Part shown: one piece after another, positions 17,751-27,867 of the stretch | Layout: each line of letters begins with the position of its first letter | Numbering within the stretch: the stretch's first letter is position 1 | DNA from: Gammaproteobacteria bacterium | Lineage (GTDB): Bacteria > Pseudomonadota > Gammaproteobacteria > CBDBNL01 > JAAOII01 | Length of the DNA: 64,000 bases | Reading direction: 5' to 3' | Assembly (NCBI GenBank): GCA_965209035.1 | Contig: OZ242372.1 | Coordinates: 96,001-160,000, forward strand | Notes under the pieces: generated by a model | Databases searched by the model: none | Told to the model about the DNA's origin: nothing | Seen by the model: the letters and a program-made list of their open reading frames with translations, nothing else | Position numbers and translations under genes: made by a program

Positions 17751-19030
17751 TTAACCGCCAACACGGTATCCGTCGGGTTAAATCTCTTTTCTTTAATCAT
17801 CCGATTCCAGGAGTCAAACGCGCTGTCGGGGTTCTTGTCTTCCATGGTGATGCAGTCGTCCACAGGACAAACAAGGGCACAAAGATTACACCCCACACAT
17901 TCGTCATACAGGATTTCCGGCACACGGTTATTTTGAGCCGAATTCTCAACGGAAATTGCCTGATGCGAACCGTCTTCGCACGCAATATAACAAAGTTGGC
18001 AACCGATGCACTTATCCGCATCAATGCGCGCAATTGCCCTGTAATTGATATCCAGATCGCCCCACTCGCGATACTGCGGAATCGCCTTACCGCGCAGTTC
18101 GTCGACGGAATGCATTCCCTTGCTATCAAGATAATTACTCAACCCGGCGATCATATCTTGCACAATGCGGTAGCCGTAATGCATGGGTGCCGTGCAGGCC
18201 TGGACGGAAAAACAGCCCAAAGCAATGAACTCGGCCGCATCTCGCCAGTTGGAAACACCGCCTATGCCGGACATCCCAATTTTGAAATCGGGATGGCGCG
18301 CCAAACTGGCAACCATATGCATTGCAATCGGCTTAACTGCCGGACCGCAATAACCGCCGTTGGTGGACGCACCGCGCCCTTTCGGGAAAGGAACAAACTC
18401 ATCCAGATCCACGCCGACAATACTCTTGATGGTATTGATCAAAGAAACACCGTCCGCATTGCCGCGTTGTGCGGCAAGTCCGGGATCCGTAATATCCGTA
18501 ATATTGGGAGTCAACTTGGCAAGAACCGGAATTTGGGCAATATCCGTGACCCAACTGAGGAGTTCTTCCAAAACACGCGGCTCTTGCCCCACCGCGGAAC
18601 CCATACCCCGCTCACACATACCATGCGGGCAACCAAAATTAAGTTCCAGGGCATCCGCACCGGCGTCCTCGCATCGGCGAACGATGGTTTTCCATTCTTC
18701 GCGAGTTTCCACCATCAAAGAGGCGATGATCGCGTTTTGCGGAAACAGCCGTTTGACTTCGGCAATTTCTTTTAGATTCTCGCTAACACCTCTGTCGGAA
18801 ATCAGTTCCAAATTGTTCAGCCCCATCATCTTGCGGCCGCCGTAGTTCACCGAACCGTAAAGGCTGGAAACATTCTTAATCGGGTTGCCTATGGTTTTCC
18901 AGACCACCCCGCCCCAGCCCGCCTCAAAAGCGTTGATGGCTTGGTGTTTGGTATTGGCGGCAGGTCCCGATGCAATCCAAAAAGGATTGGGCGATCTAAT
19001 GCCTTTGAAGTTGATTCTTAAATCTGCCAT
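17747..19030 (-). CDS. preA: Dihydropyrimidine dehydrogenase subunit PreA
   Basis: NPFWIASGP, ELNFGCPHGM, AKLTPN; two C-terminal 4Fe-4S motifs. Confidence 0.94.
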   Translation of the reverse strand: MADLRINFKGIRSPNPFWIASGPAANTKHQAINAFEAGWGGVVWKTIGNPIKNVSSLYGSVNYGGRKMMGLNNLELISDRGVSENLKEIAEVKRLFPQNAIIASLMVETREEWKTIVRRCEDAGADALELNFGCPHGMCERGMGSAVGQEPRVLEELLSWVTDIAQIPVLAKLTPNITDITDPGLAAQRGNADGVSLINTIKSIVGVDLDEFVPFPKGRGASTNGGYCGPAVKPIAMHMVASLARHPDFKIGMSGIGGVSNWRDAAEFIALGCFSVQACTAPMHYGYRIVQDMIAGLSNYLDSKGMHSVDELRGKAIPQYREWGDLDINYRAIARIDADKCIGCQLCYIACEDGSHQAISVENSAQNNRVPEILYDECVGCNLCALVCPVDDCITMEDKNPDSAFDSWNRMIKEKRFNPTDTVLAVK

Positions 19031-20351
19031 AATAAATTTTTAGTTTTTTTTCTATAAGAACATTGTAAGCCGCTTCCCTGCCCTCGGCAACCGCATTAAC
19101 CACTTCCTTGCCGCCGTTAGCACAGTCGCCGCCGGCATATAGTTTATCCAGGTTGGTTTTCTGAAACTTATCCGCCCGGACACAACCGTTGTCTTCAAGA
19201 ACCAGCTTTGGAAACCACTCCCCAAAAGGATGCCGCTTCTGCCCGGTAGCAAAGACGACCAAATCAGCGGGTACTGTAACTTCCGATGTCGTCGTATCCG
19301 CTCCCGCTTCCGCTTGGGCATACCCAGTCCGAAACACCGCACCGGTCACACGCCCGTTTTTGGTTTCAATCCTTAAAGGAGAATGATGTTGCAAAAATTG
19401 AACACCGAACGAAAGCGCATATCGGAGTTCGTGCCCGTAACCGCTCATCTCTTTTTCCCCTTTGCGGTATGCCAAAGAAACATTCGGGACACCGCAAAGT
19501 GCCAGTTCTTGAACCACATCCAAAGCCGTATTTCCGCCGCCGATCACCAAGGCATTTTTAATGTCTCGGACAGCATCCGGACCGCTATTTTTTAACTTCG
19601 CTATCAATGGCAAGGCACCCGTAATCCCCGCCGTATTTGACGGCACCTCAATTGCCGTTTTATCCGCGGCCAGACCGACACCGATAAAAACAGCATCGTG
19701 TTCTTTCAGGAGGCCGGCCGGATCCGCATCCTCGCCGACTTTTTGGTTATAAAGAATTCGGACACCGAGTTTTTCAATCATTTCCACCTCATTCAAACTG
19801 TTTTTCCGGGATAGTTTGTAAGGCGCAACACCATAGGTGTTCAGACCGCCCGCTTTCTCGGCCGCCTCATAGACGGTGGCATTGCCTCCATTAAGAACAA
19901 TATATGCGGCGAAGGCTAACGAGGCGGGGCCGCCGCCTATGGTACAGACATTCACCTCTTGCCGGGGGGTGTCTTTCTTTAAGGAAGCAATATTTTCATC
20001 CAAGTTCTCCGTATAAAAATGCTCCGTGGCGTACTTCTGTAAGTCGCCGATTCGGATCGGCGGTTCTTCCAGTTTGTTATATACGCAAGAGCCTTCGCAA
20101 AGAACCTCCACAGGACACACTGTCGCGCAAGAATGCCCGAGGATGTTGGAAGCGAGAATGGACTGTGCCGAACCCAACAGATCGTCGGATCCGATACGCG
20201 AGATGAATTGCGGAATGTTAATGCCGGTCGGACATGCGTCAATACAAGGAGCATCAAAACAATTGATGCACCTGTTCGCCTCAACCATTGCATGTTCCGG
20301 TCCGAGAACCGGATGACGGGGAGAATCAAGTTGTTCTTTTTTACGCATCAC
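18996..20351 (-). CDS. preT: Dihydropyrimidine dehydrogenase subunit PreT (GltD-like)
   Basis: CINCFDAPCIDACP, IGGGPA, IGGGNTA, YAGGDC; adjacent to preA. Confidence 0.9.
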   Translation of the reverse strand: MMRKKEQLDSPRHPVLGPEHAMVEANRCINCFDAPCIDACPTGINIPQFISRIGSDDLLGSAQSILASNILGHSCATVCPVEVLCEGSCVYNKLEEPPIRIGDLQKYATEHFYTENLDENIASLKKDTPRQEVNVCTIGGGPASLAFAAYIVLNGGNATVYEAAEKAGGLNTYGVAPYKLSRKNSLNEVEMIEKLGVRILYNQKVGEDADPAGLLKEHDAVFIGVGLAADKTAIEVPSNTAGITGALPLIAKLKNSGPDAVRDIKNALVIGGGNTALDVVQELALCGVPNVSLAYRKGEKEMSGYGHELRYALSFGVQFLQHHSPLRIETKNGRVTGAVFRTGYAQAEAGADTTTSEVTVPADLVVFATGQKRHPFGEWFPKLVLEDNGCVRADKFQKTNLDKLYAGGDCANGGKEVVNAVAEGREAAYNVLIEKKLKIYYGRFKNQLQRH

Positions 20352-20448
20352 TTATCTTATATGTTTATGTTTATGTTATATGTTTTCTATGCATGTTTTG
20401 CATGTTTCCCGTTCTCTGTTCCCCGGTTGCCGCTATATGTAATGTATG

Positions 20449-21315
20449 CTATATTTCAAGCATCTTATCGTAGGTTTCCGGTCGTCTGTCGCGGAAAAAA
20501 TGCCACACATTTCGCACTTCATTGATCATATCCAGGTCCAGTTCCGATATCACAAGAGCGTCATTGTCACGCGGTCCGATATCCAAAATCTTCCCGCGCG
20601 GATCCACATGATAACTGCTGCCGTAAAACTCGCCGATATTCCACGGGGATTCCTTGCCAACCCGATTAATGCATCCCATAAAGTAACCGTTTGCCACGGC
20701 ATGCGCCGGCTGTTCCAGTTTCCACAGATACTCGGACAGCCCCGCCACTGTGGCGGAAGGATTATAAACAATCTCGGCACCGTTTAGCCCGAGAATGCGC
20801 GCACCCTCCGGGAAATGGCGATCGTAACAAATGTAAACCCCCACACGGCCATAACGCGTTTGAAATACCGGATAGGTCGGGTCGCCGGGCTTGAAGAAAT
20901 ACTTCTCCCAAAAACCGCTGGTATGCGGGATATGCTTTTTACGATACTTCCCCAAATACTTTCCGTCCGCATCCACAACGGCCGCCGTATTGTAGTAGAT
21001 GCCGTCCCGCACTTTTTCATATACGGGAATCACCATGACCATTTCGTATTTCTTGGCGTAAGGAACCAGGGCTTCCACAGTCGGCCCCGGTACAGGTTCC
21101 GCCGCCGCATACCAGCGCGGATCCTGTGAAGGGCAAAAATAGGGGCCGTTAAAAATTTCTTGCAGACACAGAATCTGCACGCCCTTTTTACCGGCATCCT
21201 CTATGAAAGGAATATGATGGTCGAAAGCCGCCTGTTGAATTTCGGCAACAGGCTTGCTTTCATCGTTAAGCGGATTGCGGCATTGAATTAAGCCGCTGAT
21301 AACTTTCCGAGACAT
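20449..21315 (-). CDS. Beta-ureidopropionase (nitrilase superfamily)
   Basis: LQEIF, YRKKHIP, ICYDRHFPE catalytic triad; operon context. Confidence 0.9.
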   Translation of the reverse strand: MSRKVISGLIQCRNPLNDESKPVAEIQQAAFDHHIPFIEDAGKKGVQILCLQEIFNGPYFCPSQDPRWYAAAEPVPGPTVEALVPYAKKYEMVMVIPVYEKVRDGIYYNTAAVVDADGKYLGKYRKKHIPHTSGFWEKYFFKPGDPTYPVFQTRYGRVGVYICYDRHFPEGARILGLNGAEIVYNPSATVAGLSEYLWKLEQPAHAVANGYFMGCINRVGKESPWNIGEFYGSSYHVDPRGKILDIGPRDNDALVISELDLDMINEVRNVWHFFRDRRPETYDKMLEI

Positions 21316-21336
21316 GCTATTCTCTTTGTCGACCAG

Positions 21337-22806
21337 TTAAGCGGTCGCTTCCTTGGGTCCGACCATCGGAGAAAGCATCACATACAGAACCAATCCGATA
21401 AAAGCACCCGAAAACCAGCCGTACTGATACAACCAGAATATGGGACTCTCGCTGCCGGCATTGAAAGCAATCAGCGCCAAAGCCGCCGGCAACAGGAAAG
21501 AAATGATTCCCGCCCAGTTGTACTTGCCATAAGAACTGTCATCCTTGTAGAGTTCCGGGACATTTAATTTTTGTCTGCGGATAAGATAAAAGTCGGCAAT
21601 CATCACGCCCGCAATCGGTCCGAGCAAACTGGAATAGGACAACAACCAATTGGAATAAAGCGACTCAAGACTCACCTCGGAAGTAACAAAACCGCTGCGC
21701 CGCAGAACTTCCCAGATCACCAACAAGGTGGCGACCAAGGCGGTCAGCAGCACGCCGCGCGACATGTTGATCACGCGTGGCATGATGTTTTGAAAGTCAT
21801 TCGTAGGGGCAACCATATTTGCGGCGGCATTCGTGGAAATTGTCGCCAGAATAATGATCACCATGGCAATAACAACCCAAAAACCGCTGTCTATTTTGCC
21901 GATCAGGGTAACGGGATCCGATATGGTTTCGCCAAACAGGCTCAACGAAGCGGCTGTCATCACAACCCCAAGTGCGGAAAACAAAAACATCGTCACCGGC
22001 AAGCCGATAATTTGTCCGGTGATTTGATCTTTCTGTGAAACGACATAACGCGAGAAATCCGGAATGTTTAACGCAAGAGTAGCCCAAAAGCCCACCATAG
22101 CGGTTAAGCCGCCCAGAAAATAAGGAATGAAACTTGCATTCGGATCGCGATTTGCCGGCTGTGAAAACACCGCCGCCATATCCGCATTGATCCAACCCCA
22201 GATCAACAACACGACTCCCACTACCAAAAGAAGAGGCGCCGCAATGGTTTCCAACATCTTAATGGACTCAAAGCCGCGAATTACCACATACACATTGAGA
22301 GCCATAAAGAGAAAGAACCCGATGAAAAAGCCAACTCCGCCAAGAGCCGACCAGCCGGGGATCAAGTTGTCAAAAAGGATGTCCACGGCAAGTCCGCCAA
22401 ACAGACATTGGATACCGAACCAACCACACGCAATCAGACCGCGCAAAACTGCCGGAATATTGGAGCCGATCACGCCAAAAGATGAGCGCAACAGGACGGG
22501 AAACGGTATGCCGTATTTTGTCCCGGGAACCGCGTTCAAAAGAAGCGGCACCAGAATAATAATGTTTGCCAGCAGAATCGTAACCAACGCTTCAGTTACC
22601 GACAAGCCAAAATAAGCGACCAAAACGCCGCCGAGAGTATAAGTGGGGACACAAATGGACATGCCAACCCAAAGGGCGGAAACATGCCATTTGTTCCAGG
22701 TTCTTTCGGCGCGCTTGGAGGGCGCGAGATTATTGTTGAACGCCTTTTGATCGGAGATCTTTTGCAGATCGCCAACCGACAGTTCGTAGATTTCAGAATT
22801 AGACAT
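21337..22806 (-). CDS. NCS1 nucleobase:cation symporter (uracil/hydantoin type)
   Basis: Multi-TM; GTKYGIPFPV, ACGWFG, NIPDFSRY. Confidence 0.9.
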   Translation of the reverse strand: MSNSEIYELSVGDLQKISDQKAFNNNLAPSKRAERTWNKWHVSALWVGMSICVPTYTLGGVLVAYFGLSVTEALVTILLANIIILVPLLLNAVPGTKYGIPFPVLLRSSFGVIGSNIPAVLRGLIACGWFGIQCLFGGLAVDILFDNLIPGWSALGGVGFFIGFFLFMALNVYVVIRGFESIKMLETIAAPLLLVVGVVLLIWGWINADMAAVFSQPANRDPNASFIPYFLGGLTAMVGFWATLALNIPDFSRYVVSQKDQITGQIIGLPVTMFLFSALGVVMTAASLSLFGETISDPVTLIGKIDSGFWVVIAMVIIILATISTNAAANMVAPTNDFQNIMPRVINMSRGVLLTALVATLLVIWEVLRRSGFVTSEVSLESLYSNWLLSYSSLLGPIAGVMIADFYLIRRQKLNVPELYKDDSSYGKYNWAGIISFLLPAALALIAFNAGSESPIFWLYQYGWFSGAFIGLVLYVMLSPMVGPKEATA

Positions 22807-23047
22807 AATTAATATTTAGTTTGTTTTAATTAAGTTATAAATTTTATATTTCTCATTATAAAGAGAAAATATCTTTAATGACATTTTGCAACTCTTTAAG
22901 AGAATAATTTAAAAAACACAGATCCGCGGAATTTTTCCAATAAATGTATGTATATCTATGTCCGCCAAAGTGCTTGAACTGTTTGGCGTGTGATTGCCTG
23001 TCTGTCGTTTTCTTTTATCGCGCGACAGAACGCGCAAATCGGGAAAA

Positions 23048-24007
23048 TTAGGAAAAACGGGAAAAACGAACCGAAAAATCCGTCGCAATCACATCCTTGG
23101 TCAGCCGCCCCAAAGAGATCCTGTCGGGTTGCAGTTGCATTACATCCGTTAGTTCGCTCTCGTTCTTGATACCGGAAACCTCCAAACACACATTGCGGTT
23201 AGTCAGATTTCTTAATGCTATGGCATCTTGCAGATCCTTGGCGGAAAAGTTATCCAAAAGGATCACATCCCGGCCGTCTCCTCCCTCCGCAGGATAGGTC
23301 CCCAAGTAGCGGAGACCGGCCCGCACTTCCGCCAAGTTCTCCGTTTCCAAAATCAGTTCCCGCCCCGGGGACGCAAGACGGGCGCGGCGAATTAAGGATT
23401 CCACATCGCTTTGCACTGATTGCGCTGCCAGAATATGATTTTCTTTAATGAGAATCGCATCATACAGCCCCATCCGGTGATTGTCGCAGCCGCCGATGCG
23501 CACCGCGTACTTTTGCGCGTCTCTCAGTCCCGGCACGGTCTTGCGCGTATCTAAAATCTTGCCCCGATAACCACAAGATTTTGCCAGGTTGGCGTAATAG
23601 GCGGCGCGCGTCGCCGTGCCGGAAAGAGTCTGCAATAAATTCAAAGCGGTCCGTTCTCCCGCCAAAAGAAGTTTTGCCCGACCGGATAGCCGGCAGACAT
23701 CGCCCGGGGTGAGATGCTCGCCTTCTTTTTTCAACCAGTGCATCATGATCCGGTTGCCCTGCTTCTTTAAAGGACCCGGATACTCGGCAAGTTGCCGAAA
23801 ACATTCCGCAAACCAAGAACAACCGCACAAAACCGCCTTTTCATTGAGACGCACCCTCGCTTCAACGATGCTGTCTTCCCCGAGCAACGATGCGGTGATG
23901 TCGGCTTTCAAACTCTTCCGGTTAAGGTCTTCCGCCAAAGCGGTTGCAACGAGCGAACGCATTGCGGTCGCTGACGGGGGTCGGTTATTTTTGTTATGCA
24001 AGTTCAT
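23048..24007 (-). CDS. nadC: Quinolinate phosphoribosyltransferase
   Basis: ERTALN, LDTRKTVPG, HRMGLYDAILIKENH, LLDN. Confidence 0.93.
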   Translation of the reverse strand: MNLHNKNNRPPSATAMRSLVATALAEDLNRKSLKADITASLLGEDSIVEARVRLNEKAVLCGCSWFAECFRQLAEYPGPLKKQGNRIMMHWLKKEGEHLTPGDVCRLSGRAKLLLAGERTALNLLQTLSGTATRAAYYANLAKSCGYRGKILDTRKTVPGLRDAQKYAVRIGGCDNHRMGLYDAILIKENHILAAQSVQSDVESLIRRARLASPGRELILETENLAEVRAGLRYLGTYPAEGGDGRDVILLDNFSAKDLQDAIALRNLTNRNVCLEVSGIKNESELTDVMQLQPDRISLGRLTKDVIATDFSVRFSRFS

Positions 24008-24138
24008 ACCAAGATTTTAAGCAAAGCCGTTTCTCTTACCGCATTTTCCGGTATGATTGTCGCCGAACCGACAATGCTTTGGTGATTTTTGGTGATTAAT
24101 GTGCCAACACAAAAAGCAAAACATACTAAAATAATTCT

Positions 24139-25539
24139 ATGACGATTATGAACAAAAGCATTCCCCGGGAGATCTTTCGCGCATACGACATCCGAGGCAT
24201 TCTCGGCAGCCAGTTAACCCCGGCGTTGTTTGAAAAGATTGGTATGGGCTTCGGCACGATGATGCGCGATGAAAAACAAGACGCCCTGGCAGTCGGTTAT
24301 GACGGCAGATTATCAAGCCCCGACCTGGCGGCGGGCCTCATCAAAGGCCTAAGACACACAGGGCGGAAGGTCATCCGTGTTGGTATGGTGCCTACCCCTT
24401 GTTTGTATCATGCGGTGCATAAACTGAAATTGGGCGGCGGCATTATGATCACAGGCAGCCATAACCCGCCCGAATACAACGGTTGCAAAATGATGATGAG
24501 CGGCCGAACCCTTGCCATGGACGACATCCAAAGACTATACGGATACTGTGCGGATGCCGGTCTTCCAAATAGTAACAGCAGCGGCACCCAGGAAGAACCG
24601 GACTTCCCGCCGCAATACGCGCGGGATCTAATAGACCACCGGCCATTAAGTCGCTCTTGCAGGCTGGTGGTGGACAGTGGCAACGGGGTCACCGGGGCAT
24701 TTGCGCCGGCAATTTATCGCGCCCTCGGCGCGGAAGTGGACGAACTGTATTGCGAAGTGGACGGCAATTTTCCAAACCATCATCCGGATCCGGGCAAACC
24801 GGAAAATCTGCGTGATCTCCAAAAGGAGGTCGCGCGCAAAAAAGCCGACCTTGGTTTTGCGTTTGACGGCGACGGAGATCGACTCGGTCTGGTAACCGGC
24901 GCCGGCACCATTATTTACCCGGATCGGATGATGATGCTCTTTGCCCGGGATCTGCTGCAACGCAAGCCGGGCGCCAAAATCGTGTTTGATGTGAAATGCA
25001 CCTCGCGGCTGCCCGAGTTCATCAAAGCGCACGGCGGCGAGCCGATTATGTGGAAAACAGGCCATTCGCTAATTAAACGCAAAATGAAAGAAACCGGCGC
25101 CCTCTTGGGCGGTGAAATGAGCGGGCATCTGTTTTTTGCCGAAGATTGGACGGGAGCGGACGATGCCCTGCTGGCGGGTGTTCGTCTGCTGCGCATAATA
25201 GAAAAATCCGGTAAGAATATTGAAGACCTCTGCGCCGAACTGCCGGACAGCATCAGCACCCCGGAAATTAACTTGACCGTGGGCGAAAAAGAAAAGTCCG
25301 ATATTATGGACAAACTCATAACGCAAGGAACCTTTGAAACCGACAAGATCATTACGATAGACGGACTGCGCGCCGAATACGCCGACGGTTGGGGGCTTGT
25401 GCGGGCTTCCAACACCAGTCCCATCTTGGTGCTGCGCTTTGAAGCCGAAACCCGCAATGCGCTGCAACGGATTGCGGCAATCTTTCGGCGGGAGCTCAAA
25501 AAATGTTCCGTGCGGACAGAGACGGATTTTGGGGCATAG
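24139..25539 (+). CDS. algC: Phosphomannomutase/phosphoglucomutase
   Basis: FRAYDIRG, TGSHNP, FDGDGDR, GEMSGH. Confidence 0.9.
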   Translation: MTIMNKSIPREIFRAYDIRGILGSQLTPALFEKIGMGFGTMMRDEKQDALAVGYDGRLSSPDLAAGLIKGLRHTGRKVIRVGMVPTPCLYHAVHKLKLGGGIMITGSHNPPEYNGCKMMMSGRTLAMDDIQRLYGYCADAGLPNSNSSGTQEEPDFPPQYARDLIDHRPLSRSCRLVVDSGNGVTGAFAPAIYRALGAEVDELYCEVDGNFPNHHPDPGKPENLRDLQKEVARKKADLGFAFDGDGDRLGLVTGAGTIIYPDRMMMLFARDLLQRKPGAKIVFDVKCTSRLPEFIKAHGGEPIMWKTGHSLIKRKMKETGALLGGEMSGHLFFAEDWTGADDALLAGVRLLRIIEKSGKNIEDLCAELPDSISTPEINLTVGEKEKSDIMDKLITQGTFETDKIITIDGLRAEYADGWGLVRASNTSPILVLRFEAETRNALQRIAAIFRRELKKCSVRTETDFGA

Positions 25540-25545
25540 GATAGA

Positions 25546-26520
25546 TTGCGGATTGCGGGCTCCCCGATAGTTTTTTTACGGACTGCGTCCTCTAATCTGT
25601 TGCCGGAACACAAAAATCCCGTCCCGCCTTCACTGTCACAGGATCTGAAGAAGTTTTTTCCTTATGTGACATCGGACGGAGCCACAAAATTGGGAGGCAA
25701 GCATCCGGTGATTAAGTTCGGCGGCAGTTTGCTGGCGGAGAGCAACATTCGCCAAAACATCATTCACCAACTGGTCGTTCTGCAACAACTGGGCGTGCGG
25801 GTCACTCTGGTGCATGGCGGCGGCGCGGCTATCGGCGATGCCCTAAAACAACGGGGTATTGAGACGCATTTTGTGCGCGGACTGCGCGTAACACCCAAAG
25901 ATGCCCTGAGCGTGATGACGGAAACGCTGGACAAACTCAACGCCGAGTTGGTTGCTCTCACCAATGCAGCCGGCGGGCATGCGGTGGGATGCCGGGCAAT
26001 ACTTTCGCCGCTCAGAGCCGTCCCATTGGATCCGGCAATCTGGGGGCATGTTGGCAAGGTGACCCGTGTCCGCACGGACAAACTGAAAGAATTTCCCGCA
26101 AACCGCATTCTGTTTCTGTCGTGCCTTGCAAAAGAGATCCGAGATGACGGGGATGACATTCAAGATGACATTAAAGGTGACATTAAACAAGAAGAATCTC
26201 TCTGTAATGTCAATGCGGATGCGGCGGCAGCGGCGGTCGCCGTCGCGGTTGCTTCGGGCTCTTTGATTTACCTGACGGATCAAACCGGCATATTGGATCG
26301 CTCGGGGAATCTTTTGAGCGAGTTATCCGCAGGCCGGATCCGAGAGTTGCGAGAAAGCGGCGTCATCACAACCGGAATGCTGCCCAAAAGCGATGCAATG
26401 CTGGCTGCCCTGAACGGCGGTGTGCATCATGTGCGTGTTGTCGGCGGCAGGTTACAAAATTGTATCCTTAATAGTCTCTGCACAGACGCCACCATCGGGA
26501 CACGGCTAATTGCCGATTGA
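25546..26520 (+). CDS. argB: Acetylglutamate kinase (start uncertain)
   Basis: VIKFGG, VHGGG, GLRVT, NVNAD, GMLPK; follows algC. Confidence 0.88.
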   Translation: MRIAGSPIVFLRTASSNLLPEHKNPVPPSLSQDLKKFFPYVTSDGATKLGGKHPVIKFGGSLLAESNIRQNIIHQLVVLQQLGVRVTLVHGGGAAIGDALKQRGIETHFVRGLRVTPKDALSVMTETLDKLNAELVALTNAAGGHAVGCRAILSPLRAVPLDPAIWGHVGKVTRVRTDKLKEFPANRILFLSCLAKEIRDDGDDIQDDIKGDIKQEESLCNVNADAAAAAVAVAVASGSLIYLTDQTGILDRSGNLLSELSAGRIRELRESGVITTGMLPKSDAMLAALNGGVHHVRVVGGRLQNCILNSLCTDATIGTRLIAD

Positions 26521-26700
26521 TCTGTGCGCCGGATCTATGGAACTATGCGATGGATCTATTGATCCATTAACGCCGGGTGTTATGTTGTGGTGTGGTGTTT
26601 GTAAGGTTCTAGGTCTTAGCCCGGTTTAATCCAACTTCTTGGACGAAACGGAGCCTATTCGTCCGTTCGTCTGCCTGCCCGCCTGTGCCCCGCCCGCCGG

Positions 26701-27408
26701 CTATTTTGGCAAGGCCTCTCCCGCCGGGGAAAAACGGCTCAGATAATCTTGCACCAACGCCGGCGGTTCCTCCCCGACCGGCACAAAGAGCAAAGATGCC
26801 GAGTTAATACAATATCTCAAACCGGTCGGCGGCGGTCCGTCTTCAAAGACATGGCCAAGGTGCGAGCCGCTGGAACTGTCCGTTATCTCTATGCGGGTGA
26901 GCAGCAGTTTTTTATCCAAAAAATAATCCACGGCTTCTTCGTCAATCGGTTGCCAAAAACTGGGCCAGCCGGTCCGCGAATCATACTTATGTTCGGAACT
27001 AAAAAGAGGTTGGCCGGTGGCACGGGAATAGTAAACGCCCTTCCGCTTCTCTTTGTTGAGGGCACCCGTGAAGGCGTACTCGGTTCCTTCCTCGCGCAAA
27101 ATCTTATATTCAAAAGCCGAAAGACGCGCGCGCCATTCCCGAGTGCTCAGACGAATCGGGTACACCTTGTTGGGATCCGCCGCTCGGATGCGAACACTGC
27201 CGGCGTCATCCGCGGGCGCGGGTTCGGTGTCATCGCTTTGGCGGGCGGAAGCATCGGACAACTCCGTTGCAGGCTCGGCCGCATACGGCGTCCCTTGTCC
27301 CGAGTCGGCCGACAGGGTCCGCAACATAACGATTGACCCGACAAAAAAGAACAATAGCACAACCGATAAGATGCCGATTCTTCCGGGACTTGCAAGTTTT
27401 GTTTTCAT
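26701..27408 (-). CDS. msrB: Peptide methionine-R-sulfoxide reductase with N-terminal signal/anchor
   Basis: GTEYAF, GWPSFW, HLGHVFEDGP, RYCINS; hydrophobic N-terminus; no Zn CxxC motifs. Confidence 0.92.
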   Translation of the reverse strand: MKTKLASPGRIGILSVVLLFFFVGSIVMLRTLSADSGQGTPYAAEPATELSDASARQSDDTEPAPADDAGSVRIRAADPNKVYPIRLSTREWRARLSAFEYKILREEGTEYAFTGALNKEKRKGVYYSRATGQPLFSSEHKYDSRTGWPSFWQPIDEEAVDYFLDKKLLLTRIEITDSSSGSHLGHVFEDGPPPTGLRYCINSASLLFVPVGEEPPALVQDYLSRFSPAGEALPK

Positions 27409-27710
27409 ATTAAAAATGAGTGAGTGAATAAATGAATAAACGCATAAATGATGATATTAAGGGAATTATATACTTTGTTGACCCATAAAAAAGTAAGTGT
27501 CATTATTATTACATTAAATGAGAGTTGAGAAGTAAAATATGAGCATAAATACTGGTAAATACAAGGAAAAAGAGGGTTATTTTCTGTTCGCGACCTTCAG
27601 AATGGAAGTTTTGGCAGATCCCCAGGCTGTTTGCAATGGATCTTGAGGCAAATGGCAAATTTTTTGAAGTGCATAGGTTGTCAAGTGTATCATTCCCGAT
27701 ATTAATTAAA

Positions 27711-27772
27711 TGTATAGTCCCACCCATTTTCGGACTTTTGGTGTTTTTGCAAGAACCGGAAAGACGAGAGTT
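27711..27772 (-). mobile_element. IS481-family right-end remnant (short, diverged)
   Basis: TGTATAGTCCCACCCATTTTCGGACTTTT...GAGAGTT is homologous to the reverse complement of the element end at 46947. Confidence 0.75.
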
Positions 27773-27867
27773 ATTGTGGGAAAAACAAACTAAAACCTGC
27801 GACCCAATCCATTCGGAAGAAAAGAGGGCACTGAAAATAGCCGGAATACCTATTCTGTTGAGATGTT

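Noticed and set aside
17933-18775. Long antisense ORFs (e.g. 280 aa here, 276 aa at 29506, 250 aa at 13530)
   Set aside because: They are shadows of well-supported genes on the opposite strand, with no motifs of their own.
22807-23047. RutR/PydR operator upstream of the pyrimidine operon
   Set aside because: No TTGACCAnnTGGTCAA-like palindrome was seen; the region is only AT-rich.
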